A stretch of 64,000 bases of DNA from contig CAVNZM010000005.1 in the NCBI GenBank assembly GCA_963693365.1, forward strand, positions 3,905,716 to 3,969,715. The letters are read 5' to 3'. Shown one piece after another: positions 27,552 through 53,822 of the stretch. The position numbers were made by a program, and so were the translations under genes. Numbering within the stretch: position 1 is the first letter of the stretch; each line of letters begins with the position of its first letter. Below the pieces are notes generated by a model. It had not been told where the DNA came from and did no database searches. It saw only the letters and a program-made list of their open reading frames with translations. This DNA is from Amoebidium appalachense (Eukaryota; Protista; Ichthyosporea).

Positions 27552-28617
27552 CTCCCGGTCAAGGGTGGCAAGCAGACGATGCTAAGTTTGAAGAAAGAGG
27601 AAGCATGCAGTGATGTTCTTGTCCCCTCCCCCCCCTCCCCCCCCCCCCCCCCCCCGTGTGGTTTGCACCATACGAAATTCGTACTCCGTGGCACATTCAA
27701 CCCCTCCCTCTGCCCCCTCTTCCCCCTCCTAACTTCATATTCTGTAACACGTCTATATCCCCCTTCCCCCACCCTAAAAACTGGACCCGTGCATACGACG
27801 TAACACGTTTTTTTCTACAGACGCGTTTGGGCGCTATGGCAGGCTGGACCGTGTGACGGTGACCTTTGACCGCAACGCAAGGAAGAACAGAGGGTAACAA
27901 CCCCCCCCCCCCCCCCCCCCCGAGCACACACAGCACACACACATACATACTGCAGCCGCCACCGCTGTTAGACCCAAAAATAGAGGTGGGGGATTGAAAA
28001 TGGATACGGGGTCTGGTTTTGGAGTGGCAATAGGATTTGGACGGGGAAGCCAAATGTTTGTTTTCTTCCGTTCTTTGTGTCTGTGTGTGGGTGTGGGTGG
28101 GTGGGTGGGTGTGTGTATGCATGCGTGCGTGCGCGTTTGTGCGTGCGCATGTGTGGTTTATATGGATCGCGCCAACAACTGGAGGACGAGGGACTTACCG
28201 GAAATGGAGCCCCGGGGGGAGAGGGGGGGGGGGGTGGACGGCGGCCGCACGGGGAAGGGGGGGGGGTTTCGTTAGGATATGTCGTTCTTTGCTCTTCTAC
28301 AATCATTTTCCTTTTTTGTCATGTTTTCTCTTCTAATCCCACGCTCACGTATCCTCCCCCGTGCGCAGGTTTGCGTTTGTGACGTTTGCGCACCGCCGAG
28401 ATGCGGAGGATGCGTTTGACAAATACAACGGATACGTCATGGATGGAAGGAGACTGAGGCTGGACTGGGATGCGGGGTTGGACTACAAGAGATCCAGTAA
28501 CTACGGGTATGTGATGTGTGTTTTTCTTTCATTTTTTTTTTTTTTTTTTTGGGGGGGGGGGGGGGGGGAAGGGGAAGGGGCGGGGAGTCCAGGGGTCAGG
28601 AGATGTTTTTGGATATC

Positions 28618-28648
<31 letters not shown>

Positions 28649-29335
28649 ATTGGTGTCCATGTATATACATGAACAGTGGTGTGCATGCATAGACAAGGAC
28701 ACTGATGTGCACACGTATACATTCCTTGCAGGCACAGTCACACGCAGGCGCGCGCACATTTACCTGTACACACGTACCGAATGGTCGAGCAACAACGGAG
28801 AAAAATACGCGCTGTTTTGTACACGCATGTACATCACCACACCACCGCCACACACAAACATATCCGTCAGCACAGATGCTGCATGCCAGCTGTCAATTGC
28901 TAGAGCTCGGAACTTATGCACACGTGTTTACTCTCGTTAATAATAATACATACCCGGCCAGCTTGACTTGCCACCAGTTCTTCAAAGAGGCCAACCAACC
29001 ATTCTCTTTTAAAGAGGCCAACCAACCATTCTCTTTTAAAGAGGCCAACCAACCATTCTCTTTCAAAGAGGCCAACCAACCATTCTCTTCGCACTTTTAG
29101 CATTGAGGTTAGGAAGTGAACATGTCAAGGGAACAGTTAAGGGAGGAGGGAGTGAAAAGGGAGGGTTAGAAGAGGGCCTTTTTTTTCTTTTTCCTTTTTC
29201 CTTTTTCTTTTTATCTTTATATATATATATGTGGGCTTGTGGGGCTAACATGTGGATTACAGACGTGGTCGTCGGTCTCCCTCCCCGCGCCGTGGCAGCA
29301 GCCGTCGTTCATATTCGCGCTCTCGGTCTCGCAGC

Positions 29336-29388
<53 letters not shown>

Positions 29389-29875
29389 ACGGGCGTGCCT
29401 GTGTTTATGTCGGGATGCATGCATGTTGAAATCGAGTGTAAAACTGCTGTTTTTGACGTAACCGTGAAACGGAAGTAGTAGGCTTGGTTTCGGAGGAGTT
29501 TCATGTTCAATTTTTTTCACTCGCAAGACGATGTGCCATGATGATTATGGTAGTGGTGGCAGGGGGCGTGGTTTATAACTGAGAGCCGGCCGAACCCACG
29601 TTTGCGAACCAACCTCACAACACGACCACATCCTTGCATGCACACGATCTGTGCAAAAGCACTCATGCACGCTCACACATGCTCTTGCACACACGGCGCG
29701 CGCACACACACACTCACACTCACACTCACATACCCCCTCCCCCCCCCCCTCCCCCTGCGCGCACTAACACACGCTCATACATGCATATCCCCCCCCCCCC
29801 CCCCCCCCCCCCCCTCATTCACTTCATACGCTTTTAACACATTCTAACCCCCCCTTCATATGCTGTAACACATTC

Positions 29876-29921
<46 letters not shown>

Positions 29922-30073
29922 AAACACATTGCAGATCTCCTCGCCGTTCCCGCTCCCGTTCCCGTTCCCGCTCTCCCGTTAAGGCCCGCTCCCGTTCCAG
30001 AGACCCCTCCCGCTCTCGCTCTCGTTCCCCCTCCCCACGCCGCTCTACATCAGCCTCTCCCCGGCGTGATTAA
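27169..30073 (+). CDS. SR-type splicing factor (single RRM plus RS domain, Tra2/SRSF-like). Exons 27169-27266, 27821-27893, 28369-28506, 29263-29338, 29935-30073; 5' exons unresolved
   Basis: RNP2 SIFVGGI, RNP1 RGFAFVTF, DAEDAFDKYNGYVMDGRRLRLDW and an RS-dipeptide tail ending TAA at 30073. The last junction is out of phase by one base (an extra G at 29337-29339 or a missed exon). Confidence 0.88.
28981..29089. repeat. 27-bp tandem repeat, 4 copies, intronic
   Basis: tt(c/t)aaagaggccaaccaaccattctct repeated four times. Confidence 0.95.
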
Positions 30074-30852
30074 ATGGCTGAATGTTCTGTGTGGAGTCGG
30101 ACAGTGTGTTGCATTGCGTAAACCGTGTGCTTGTACGTGTGTGTGTTTGTGTGTGCGTCTTCACCTGGTCTGCGTGCAAAGATTTGTAAAGAAACACGTG
30201 TGTATGGGGGTTTACATCGTGGGTCGCAAATTAAATATGGGGAATATGGATATGAGATTTTGATATGCGGGAGAGTTGAATAGGGGTCTTGTAATTATTT
30301 GCATATATCGCCAACTGGTTAAGGTTTTGGTTTCTTTGCGTGTACAGTACATACACCTGCCTAGGTGGGTATAAAAAGAAGGTTTTGCATGTCGAATATT
30401 GATGCTCGGTTTGTGTTTCTCACTTTGAAATTCTCGAGCGCGTTTATTTGACTTGGCATGTCGGGCTCTGGACCAGGTTTGGTTGGAAATGTTGTATGGG
30501 CCCAAAGAATGATACTCAAAGGTCTTTTATGCCATAACACCAATATGTCTGTCGGCGCACTTACTGTTGCGGTGCTGTTTATGGAGTAAAGTGTCACGGA
30601 CGTGACGGTTTGTGTAGACCAGGATGTGACAGAGGTGTGTGAGAAACTGTGTGTATGGCATCAAATTTTCACAGCGTATTATGATGTGCTGCGTGTGTCT
30701 GTTGTACGTGTCCAGCCACTACTACGTATATGTACGTAGGTGCACACATGAGCTTGCAACGGTGACTCCGGGCATAGGTGGTACAGATTCCAGTGCACTG
30801 CCAGCCGTTGACCACAACTCGGGTACCTTTTTTTCCCCCTCCTTCAGCCGTA

Positions 30853-30886
<34 letters not shown>

Positions 30887-31551
30887 GAGCTCCTCCTCCT
30901 CCCCCCAATTTGAAAGAGTGATTCAGGAGTGGCGGCGCAAACGTTAACGTTGTGTGTGCATGTGTGTCCCCGTCGTAATGGCCCGGTGACAGGTGTGTAT
31001 GATTGTGTGCGATTGTACATGTGTTACGCACGTCACTACTTCTGCTTGCTATCAGAATAAATGTGGAGCAGAGGCAGGATTCGGTCCTGTGACCTCTGTA
31101 AGAGACAATCACTTCTACATAGCGGATCGAGAGTAGAGAGGTTCGCAGGAAGTGGTTTGAGAAATTGAGATCTCGGTCTTCGGATCCTCCGGTACCATCT
31201 GAGGATGGTCCGGCTGCTTTATATACCTGCGCGGATGCCAATCCGCGAATACATCGTCCAATAGGATTACAGATAGTCTCTCAGGTTGGATAGATCGGGA
31301 TTAAAGGAAGACAGTTATGGTTCCTGGCGTATGCGGCCCCAGGCGGTCCCCAAGTACGCGGGGGCGGGATAGGCGGGAACAGGCTAAGTACGTGACTGGG
31401 AAGAGCAGGAATAAACAGATAGACTATTCTATCATAACACTTGCCAACTGTGGGAATATCCGGACGGGGGCCTCGGGAGGCGGGGGGAGCCTCGAGAGGG
31501 CGCCTCGGAGTGGCAGGGAGGATGGCGTAGCTAGTACCTAGGGAAGCTTCA

Positions 31552-31583
<32 letters not shown>

Positions 31584-32219
31584 GGGGGGGGGTTGTTAGA
31601 GCATGTCTTCATATGTACATGTGGCACGAGCCCGAGTTTTGATATCGATGTGGTAACTGGTCCTGCTCCAAGTCACGTACATGTATGCGGATCATCCTGA
31701 GGAATTTGAATCTCGTGCTAAATAGCCATACGTGCATGGGTCCGAAGGCTTCGAGCGACGTACGTACACATGCATATATGTGTGTACCATGCATTCGGGC
31801 TCTGGTTCTAGGAACAAAGTTATGATATAAGCCATGATAACAAATGAAAAAAAAGGACAGTAGTGATAGAACAATAAGCAAAGGAATATGTACATAGAAA
31901 TAATAACTGCCCCTCACGACGTTGCGACGTTGCAAAGCACGTGTTGTGTTTTCAAAGTGCGTTGCTTGGTGGCGCTATCTCTGGCTATCATAAAATGCAC
32001 AATAAAGAGATATCAAGTTATTTTGGGGTTTACGCTGTTTACTCGAGGCAAAGAGAACCAGTCTCAGGTATGGGGGGGGGGGTTTTGCTCGGAATATCCC
32101 CTCAGCGGTATATCATGATCACGTACATAGATGTCGGGTGGTGACTATATATCAGGGTTTACTTTCTCTACGAGACACCATAAAGACTACAAGGAGAAAT
32201 CAATTAGTTGGGGTTCCCC

Positions 32220-32263
<44 letters not shown>

Positions 32264-32295
32264 GGGCTCCCCTCGGGACACTCGGTATCAGCTGG

Positions 32296-32344
<49 letters not shown>

Positions 32345-33405
32345 GTGTGTGTGTGTGCGCGTGCGCTATAATTTTGTAGTGATGTGTTTCTCAAGCCAAT
32401 CAATACATCTAATAAACAGGTCGTAGTTACGCGTGTTTAGTATAAAATCAAGGATGTTGTAATTTACAGGTAGGCTATCTTTCTGGGTGTCTGTTGTGAA
32501 TGTGACGTGTGTGTGTTGCGGTATTATGTGGTCTATCAAACTACATTTGGCGATACATGACCGGTTAAACTGGTGTGTGTGTGTGTTGTTTGGGCATGCA
32601 AATGATGCCACCTTATACTTATTAGATCTCCACTGTATAGCACGTGTACAGTAAAAGCGTGGTAATTGATCAATAATACCATCAGCTAGAGAAAGACCAG
32701 TTCTACAGGAAGGTAATATGTATTTAGGTGTTATACACTTGCGAGTGCCATATTTGGCAATATGGTTGAGGCGGTCAGTATATATAAAACGAGACATAAG
32801 GCTTAGTTTTTCAAGGTGTATGCTTTCATCGGGTCTAGTGTCGTGTGGTATCTTTTTCCATTTGTTATATTGCGTGATTATCTTGTGATTGTGTACATGT
32901 TTAATAAGTAAGTGGCAGTCCAAAGTGAAGCTAATATGATTTGATAACTACTTACTGTCGTCTGATTGGTTCGGGGAGCACCAGTTTTTTTAACTTCAAC
33001 GCACCCTCACCCTCCGAGGCCCCCGAATGTGAAGCCTTAGCCGGGCAACGCTGCAAAAGGTACATGATGTGCTATGCAAACACACAGTGTGTAAAGCTTT
33101 GGAAACCTTTACCTTTCCATCACTTCTTCTTTCCACTATACCTGCTTGCTTTTAAACAAGTATGACGTCATACGGATCTTACGTATAGACCCGCAGAAGT
33201 AACTAATGGTTCACTAATTAGCACTCCCATTGAAAGGATTGTCAGGATCCGGATAGACGTGCACATGGGCATAATCAGTGCGTTAGAGCTAACTGCATTT
33301 TTCCTTCAACCAAATAGCATCACTAATATATAACACCCAGTTGTTTTCTACTTTTTCATCGTTTTATCTGAACAACATTTTCCCCATTTCCCTCCTAGAT
33401 TCATC

Positions 33406-35106
33406 ATGGCCGTAGGCCTCGCAATCGATCCAAGGCCCACAAAACCACGCCCCAGCTCCCTTACGGGCTCTAACGGGGTAAGGGGAACACAGGAGTCCCC
33501 TGATGTCTATTTTTACATCACCTACAGGCCTTCTGGGCCATGGAAGCTTTTAGCACGCGTTCCGAAAACCTCATTGCTCGTCATCCTCTCATGCATAAGC
33601 ATGCTTCTCCTGCTGCTTGTCTCCATACCCTCTGTTGGTATGTTCAGCCTGCTTCCTTCGAACAGCCAACACGATATTGCCGAGACACCCAACATTTTCA
33701 TTTCGGATTCAGCCTCACACAATACTCCACCTATCGGGCCGGTTTTCCTCTATCCTGCAAATATATCCCGACATACCCCGGTTCCTGGTCCCAGGCCTCC
33801 CTCTGCAAAAGTACGCTCTCATTACACACCTGGACGAACACTCAAGCCCACCCCAACTAGTAAAACACAACAACCGGTAATTACCGAGAATCCCGAATGT
33901 CGCTATCTATATGGAAAAGGCTCACAGGGGAAGTTGTGTGATATGATTGACAGGGAGGGGAAGATAGCAACAGCAAGAACATTAAAAGACGCCACCGAAT
34001 ACAACATCGGGCAGTGGGTGCGAAATTGCAATATATCCACTCGTATATCCAAAGGCCGCGCCCAGCCGTGGTCTTACGCCTATAACGTAAATTCTGATGA
34101 GGAGAGGCAACAGTTTTTTGGGACAGAAAGCCCTCAGTACCATTATCCATGTTTCGGGAACGAAACCGACACACCCGTAAGGTATGACGTCAAAAGTGAT
34201 GCGCTGAATTACTACTGGCAGCCCAAAACTTGCAATTTGCTCTCGTTTAACCCTCGGCGGGTGCGTGAGATTTTTGCACAACATAGGATTATGTTTGTGG
34301 GGGATTCTCTTTTGGGCCAGGTTGCACGTAGTATGAGAGACCTCGCAGGCGTACGGAAGTCCCTTACGATCCCAGACTTGAGTTCTCTATCTTCAACACT
34401 TTCATTTGTGGCTAGCAGGGAAAACACAACGATTCGCTACCTCAAAACATACATGCTGGTGAGCCACAAGAACTACGAAGTTTTATCGCCGGAACATTTC
34501 GAGCTGTGCAGATGTCGCGTCGACAGCCGGAACAAGGTGGCAGAGGCGGCGTGGAGCAAGAACATAAATCCAAAGAGTGCACGAAAATTGACCGAAAGAT
34601 GTCCGGATCGCAAGAAGGCCGACGGGGCCTACCGAAGAGACGTGCATGATTTGGGCTGGAGCAGAAATTTGAGCTCGGCTGACGTTTTGATTTTTAACAC
34701 CGGACACCATTGGAGGGCGGAAGGGGAGGAGGCGTACAGGAAAATGGTCTCGAACGTGGCGGGATTTCTTTCGCGAAATTTCAAGGGGAAGGTAATATTT
34801 ATGACGGCGACGCCCGGGCACGTTGATTGCGATGACTATTACAAGCCATTGGGAACCCCAATACCGAATAATCCGGAAGGAGATATACACAAATGGGATT
34901 GGCCGAAACCATTGGAAAGTTTGTGGGGCGAGCGCTTTGCAAATTCGCCTCTGGCGCATAACTTTTCGTATATCCATTTTGACGGTATGTCCATTTTGCG
35001 ACCAGATAGTCACCCCGGAATCAAGGACTGTTTGCATTATTGCGCCCCTGGTATAGTGGATACGTGGGCACAGTCGTTGTATAATTTGTTGGAGCAAATG
35101 CTGTGA
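33406..35106 (+). CDS. TBL/PMR5/PC-esterase (GDSL/SGNH-like) polysaccharide O-acyltransferase or esterase, type II membrane protein, intronless
   Basis: N-terminal hydrophobic anchor (LLVILSCISMLLLLLVSI), YYWQPKTCNL, IMFVGDSL (GDS), DVLIFNTGHHW, LRPDSHP and DCLHYCAPG (DxxH). Confidence 0.92.
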   Translation: MAVGLAIDPRPTKPRPSSLTGSNGVRGTQESPDVYFYITYRPSGPWKLLARVPKTSLLVILSCISMLLLLLVSIPSVGMFSLLPSNSQHDIAETPNIFISDSASHNTPPIGPVFLYPANISRHTPVPGPRPPSAKVRSHYTPGRTLKPTPTSKTQQPVITENPECRYLYGKGSQGKLCDMIDREGKIATARTLKDATEYNIGQWVRNCNISTRISKGRAQPWSYAYNVNSDEERQQFFGTESPQYHYPCFGNETDTPVRYDVKSDALNYYWQPKTCNLLSFNPRRVREIFAQHRIMFVGDSLLGQVARSMRDLAGVRKSLTIPDLSSLSSTLSFVASRENTTIRYLKTYMLVSHKNYEVLSPEHFELCRCRVDSRNKVAEAAWSKNINPKSARKLTERCPDRKKADGAYRRDVHDLGWSRNLSSADVLIFNTGHHWRAEGEEAYRKMVSNVAGFLSRNFKGKVIFMTATPGHVDCDDYYKPLGTPIPNNPEGDIHKWDWPKPLESLWGERFANSPLAHNFSYIHFDGMSILRPDSHPGIKDCLHYCAPGIVDTWAQSLYNLLEQML

Positions 35107-35343
35107 TATCCCCGTTGTGGATATGTAGAGGTTTGATGAAATTTTAATTTAACAAGATTCACATTACGAAATTAATGTTCTTTAGCATTAGTACGTAAGG
35201 CCTCTCTGCCTAGTTTCATGCTCTGTCTATGTTTACCAATGTTTTGTAATGTTATGTTTTCTTTCTTCTAACATCAGCTCACCCTCCCACCTTACACCCT
35301 CCTTGCATATAAATACGAGCTTTCGCCAACACCCCCCCCCCCC

Positions 35344-35374
<31 letters not shown>

Positions 35375-35883
35375 ACACACACTCGCTCGTGCTATTTCAT
35401 GTATCAAGCACAAGTAGCCAATTTCTCCCCAAGGTGTGTGTATAAGATCCGAATGAAGATAGCTATGCCAGGTTATCTGCTTTTATGATCTCGAGAGCTT
35501 TTTGGCACATTGCCTTCGGTTGCAGTTGCGTTCACAGTGAAATGTTGGATACAACAGTCGTAAAAACGTAGGGCCCCATTTATTGAACTTAAATTATGGT
35601 GGTGAACTTGGCAGTATTTGTCCAAAGTGCTGGCCATTTTCGGTGTGTACTGTGCACAAACAAGGGGTTTTCCTTTGTCCACATTAAGAAAACAGATCTT
35701 GCTCGAGCTTTCGAATTCGTCCAGCTTCGGCCCGGTGCCAGGCTACCTACTTGCCCCCCCCCCCCCCCCCCCCCCCAATAAACATCACCACCGCCCACAT
35801 GCATCCATCCAATCACGCCAGGAGATTATTTCTCCTAGGGAATAACGAGGACTTGGGTGAGGTGTGTGTGTGGGGGGGAGGGG

Positions 35884-35963
35884 TTGAATGCGCCATAAAG
35901 TACGAAGTACACATAAACAACGGACAGCACGATGCAGAGTGCAAACCACAGATAAAGAGTATG
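35884..35963 (-). mobile_element. Diverged 3'-tip fragment (about 80 bp) of a sister Penelope-like family
   Basis: ttgaatgcgccataaagtacgaagtacacataaacaacggacagcacgatgcagagtgcaaaccacagataaagagtatg aligns collinearly with the pLTR tip at 61252-61332 and abuts a G-run. Confidence 0.8.
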
Positions 35964-36743
35964 TATGTGTGTGTGTGTGTCACGGTGTGTGTGTGTGTGT
36001 GTTGGGGGGGGGGGGGGGGGGGGGGGGGGGGAGGGGGGCAGGGGGAGGATACATTCTTGCTCCGTCGTGCATACATTCAAGCACACGTACACATAAACGC
36101 CCACACGAGGCACAAGAGCACACGTAAAGACACACGCACACACACATGTGCAAACACAAAGATGTATCCACACTGCATACATGCACCCAAGTGCACATCA
36201 CAGTCAGCCGTGTGTACACACACCGCGAGCAAACACACACAACGTCCGGGTATATTAAATAGACTCGGGGATCTCAACCGCAGTTCGTTTAGATGTTTCC
36301 TTTATTTTTTGAACACAAAGCATATGCATCCAACATACATTTCGCTGATATATTTCACAAAAAATCAGTCGAGCACTGTTGATCGAGACTGTGTACCATA
36401 AAAAAAAAAAGGCAGAGACAGAATGTGGGGAAAGGGAAACGGGAGGGAGGAGGGGGGGGGGGGGAGGGGGGAGGGAGGGGGGGGGGAGGGGGGGGAGGGG
36501 GGTAAAATTTAAGACAAGATGAAAACAAAACCCATAAAGATAGGAGAGAGTTCAAGGAAACTTAACAGATATAAAATCACGCTGACATTTCTAATCAGTT
36601 GGGATATACTATGGAGCAACGTTCATTCGTGCTGTCTAAATCTACGCATGTGCGTACATATGTGGGATGTTTATATCTCCCGTTCTGTGTGTGTGTGAGT
36701 GTGGGTGAGAGTGGGTGAGAGAGACAATGGGGGGGGGGGGGGG

Positions 36744-36809
<66 letters not shown>

Positions 36810-37171
36810 GTGAGTGAGTGAGAGAGAGAGAGAGGGAGATAGGGGGAGAGAGAGGGGGGGGGGGGGGGAGAGAGAGAGAGAGAGAGCGAGCGAGACAGAG
36901 AGAGAGGGTGTGTGTGTGTGTGTGTGCAGGCACGTGTTTGTGAAATGAATATTTGTGTGTCTGTGTAGGTGCACCATGATGTGTTGCACAAGCACGCGTA
37001 TGTTGGGTGCCTTCATCATCCCATCCTAATTTTTCACCCTGGCCTGTGACTTATGAGTGAATGACCACGCATATGTCCGTCTCCACTCCCATACATGCAT
37101 TTGAAAGAATGCCCTATTACACTCATCATTTTAAACAAAACCAAGGTTATCATTCGCTGCCTTTCATTTCA

Positions 37172-37204
<33 letters not shown>

Positions 37205-37483
37205 ACACACACACACACAAAAAAGAGGTCTAAAGATTCGTGCATTAGAGGGGTTCTCCATTTTCCTCCGAAATACCTTACGATTGCAACAAGAACCATC
37301 CGACCCTCCACCCCTCCATCTCCATCCCGGCGCCAGGAGGAAAAGGAAAGAGAGAACAGAATAAACGACAGAGACAGGAAGTTGAAAGAGAAAGAGAGAT
37401 ATAGATCGATATAAATAATATAGATAGATATAAATGATATAGATGGATATACATGAAAGATTCATGTTTCAGCCATGCCGGGT

Positions 37484-50392
<12,909 letters not shown>

Positions 50393-50817
50393 TTTCACAT
50401 GAATTGAATGACTGGAACAGTATGTGTACAATAGTGACTTTTCCCTTTTGCTCTGAGCTCCATCGGCCTTCTGCCGTAAATGAACGTATGGTGATCTAAC
50501 TAGCCGGATTTGGTGCCACCCTTGTTCACATATTTTCAATCACACACCTATGAGCGCAGTAACATGCCCTCACTATTAACATAAACTGTATACAAGCTGC
50601 CCGCTAAAAATCTTGGTTATCTGAATAGAAAAAACGAGCCTCAAATGACTATACAAAGTGTTGCACTTCACTTTGAGTTGCTCAGTCTGACAAGCTGACG
50701 TTATTCGCGTGGGGGAAGTGTGGAATGCGATTGGCACATATGGAATGTGATGATTGGATCAAGTTTGAAGGTGAAGTTCCCCAAATACTCCAATGGGGTG
50801 TTTGGGTGACCAGGCAT

Positions 50818-51670
50818 TTTTTTCTTTTGACTGGATTTGTTCAACGGAAAGATATGCATGCGCAAATATGCGAGGCAATAAAAAAAAACTTCAGGAGTTA
50901 TCCAGTAACCGTTGTGCATACTGAGATGCCTGAACACTGTGTAAAAATCATAGAGATACTCAATGTGGCGACCAACAGAATTCAACAAAAAGTCTACAAG
51001 AATCATTGTAGTAGAATGTTCACATATATCCAACCACTATACCAGACACCCAGGGAAAGAGGTAAAACTTCCGAATCGCCGCAGTTCCCTGTTTCGAAGT
51101 ATTCCAAATTTCCTTAGAGAAGAAGGCCTAAAGGCCAATTATTAGAGAACATAACTATTATGTTAATGTTAATTAGAATAAAGCTCGGATACCCAGTCCG
51201 GGAGTTGACCAGTGGCAGAAAATGAGGAACCATGGCCAAATAATAAATTTTTTCGAAAATTACCGGTGCATCGTAGGTTCAGCAGGTATTCTGAAGCGGG
51301 CACATCAGTTTTCTCAGAAAAAAATTAATTATAGCTAGTTAAATGATATGGGATTACCTACGTTTACGGCGGGACGGTTCGATACAGCAGTAACAGCACA
51401 AAATGTGGATACTGTATTACAGTACATATATGATTTTCACACAGTGTTCAGGTATCTCAGTATGCACTTGTTACTGGATAAATCGTGAAGTTTTTTTATT
51501 GTCTTCTATATGATTTTCACATAGTGTTCAGGTATCTCAGTATGCACTTGTTACTGGATAACTCGTGAAGTTTTTTTATTGTCTTCTCAGTATGCCGTGC
51601 ATACTTGCATATCTTTCCGTCGAATAAATCCAGTCAAAAGAAAAAATACACGAGTCAAAAGAAAAAATAC
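50818..51670. mobile_element. Non-autonomous inverted-repeat (MITE/foldback-like) element
   Basis: The left arm at about 50818-50953 (ttttcttttgactggatt...gagttatccagtaac...catactgagatgcctgaacactgtg...aatcata) is the imperfect reverse complement of about 51507-51648. Part of the right arm is tandemly duplicated (about 51428-51506). The interior is AT-rich; no TSD was identified. Confidence 0.7.
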
Positions 51671-52348
51671 ACCACACACACGATAAGCCCCACCGGGCTG
51701 CACGAGGTATCTGGGGATTGGACAAAGTGCGACAGTAGCAAATCAGCCGACGGCTTCACAGGCTCAGAGTGTTCTACTGCACCCCCCATCCTCGAGCCTC
51801 GGCAGCTGCACATCATTTATTGAATATAGCCGGGATGCAGAAAACGAAGACTTGTTCTCAATGAATGTAACTTAAATCTAAATAAATTATCATGTACCTG
51901 TTCGTTCAATAGCGAAAAAATCCTGTTTATAAAAGTTATTCATCAATCAGGAGAGTTCTATGTTATTGCACTGTTTGATCAAAATGTGCCGATGTCTGTA
52001 TCCAATCGCTGATGGGTGCGGGGATTGCCAATCAAATCAGCAGCTAGCCGCTATAGCTCAGCCTGCATACTGGTGCAGTAGAGAGGGAGAGGGAGAGGGG
52101 GAGAGAGTGAGAGAGTGGAAGAGAGGGAGAGCTTGTAAAGAGGTTCTGGTTACTCTACCAATTTTCCCCCCTTGACCAGAGAGAGAGAGTCCCCCTTTTT
52201 GCTAAAGGCTATCCCAAAATAAAGGTTGGCGCCAGGCGAACATTCAGGCTGTCTGTGCAGGATCTTTCCACACAGCCTCTTAGATCTCTCCTCTACACAG
52301 AAATCTTCAAGCACACCATCAGCTTGTTCAAAGATTCTGAACTTGAGA

Positions 52349-53245
52349 ATGGGCTATGATACAAAGCGATTTGTTAGCGCCGAAATGGCAAGTGAGTTTG
52401 TATGCGGCATATGCACAGACGTAGCTGAAGCCCCTCAGGAGGCCCACATGCGGGGGTGGGCACATCTTCTGCGCCGGCTGTCTGAAAAAGGCTCTAGTCC
52501 AGAAAAAGATCTGCCCATCCTGCACGGTAGCTGTCAAGAGCAAGCCCTCCCGCGGCGTAGAAGACTGGCCGGTCAAGCTGGCACGTATGTATCGCGCACT
52601 GAAGGTCTGCTGCACGCACAAGGGGGAGGGGTGTGAACATGTGTGCGACCTTGGGGACCTGGCCAAGCACGAAGAGCAATGCCCTAAACGTAGCCTTGCC
52701 TGCACCAATAACGGCTGCGAGAAACGGCTGAGGGCGGAGCTGTTGGGTAAACATGCCCTCGAGGAGTGTGAGCATAGAAAAGTGCTGTGTGAGTACTGCA
52801 ACAAGGCGGTGGAGCACTGCAAACGAGAGGGTAAGCTGTTGTGTGTGTGTGTGTCCGGCACTCCCAGTGATGAGCGTGACAAGAACGCGTGTGCGTAGCT
52901 ATAGCCACACCAAGGGATCGATGTTGCATGTAGGAGCTGTAGAAAATTAACCAGCTGTAAGCGAACTTGGGGGTTTTTTTATATGGGGCCACGTTAGGGA
53001 AAGAGAGAAGACATCTATAAGAGGCGGTGAGCAGGTGTTCCAAGGGCAGGATCTATCAGATTCTCAGATCTGGAGGGGAAATGGTGATGATGCTGGGATC
53101 CGAGTATGTAGGACGAGAAGAAAGGTAAAAACCAATGGAGCAAGCAGGAAGCTTGGTGGGACATAAGGAGGGGGAGGGGGGGAAGGTTTCGAAAAAAAAG
53201 AGTCTTGGCGATGATTGGTGAGAATTGAGGCGCTACTTGGGGAAA

Positions 53246-53276
<31 letters not shown>

Positions 53277-53489
53277 ATGGATAGTTATGTAACGTAGAGA
53301 AATGCACACCCACTGTTAACATGTTGCGAGTAAAAAAAGGAGCAGACATAAGGCATACTTGAAGGAGCCATGAATCGAGGGGGAGAAGGTTGGGCAGGCC
53401 AAGAGAGAGCTTTGAAGGGAGTAGCTGGACTACGGTAGTGTGGTGGCGCAAAGCAGAGCAACTAGCACTCTGAGACTCTTGGGCGGCAG

Positions 53490-53535
<46 letters not shown>

Positions 53536-53774
53536 AGGGGGGGGGGAGAGTACAGGGGGGGGGGGGGGGGGGAGGGGGGGGGGGAGGAAGGGTTAGCAGG
53601 TATTAGAGAGGGTGTTTGTGTGTGAGGGGGTCTTGGGGGGGGGGGGGGGGGGGGGGGGGGGACTTGGGAGGATTTATATTTTATTTTTTATTTTTTTTTT
53701 GGGGGGGGGGGGAGGAGGTAAGGCTGGAGAGTAGCGCACAAAACCTGATGTGGAAAGTCACGGGGGGCCGGGGG

Positions 53775-53822
<48 letters not shown>

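Noticed and set aside
28981-29089. Four 27-bp direct repeats as a possible CRISPR array
   Set aside because: Units are head-to-tail with no spacers, inside a eukaryotic intron, and there are no cas genes.
31022-31552. Possible solo LTR on the minus strand (TGTTA start at about 31439, TATATAAA at about 31220)
   Set aside because: No target-site duplication, no second copy and no PBS, PPT or coding remnant; it may be a promoter or unrelated repeat.
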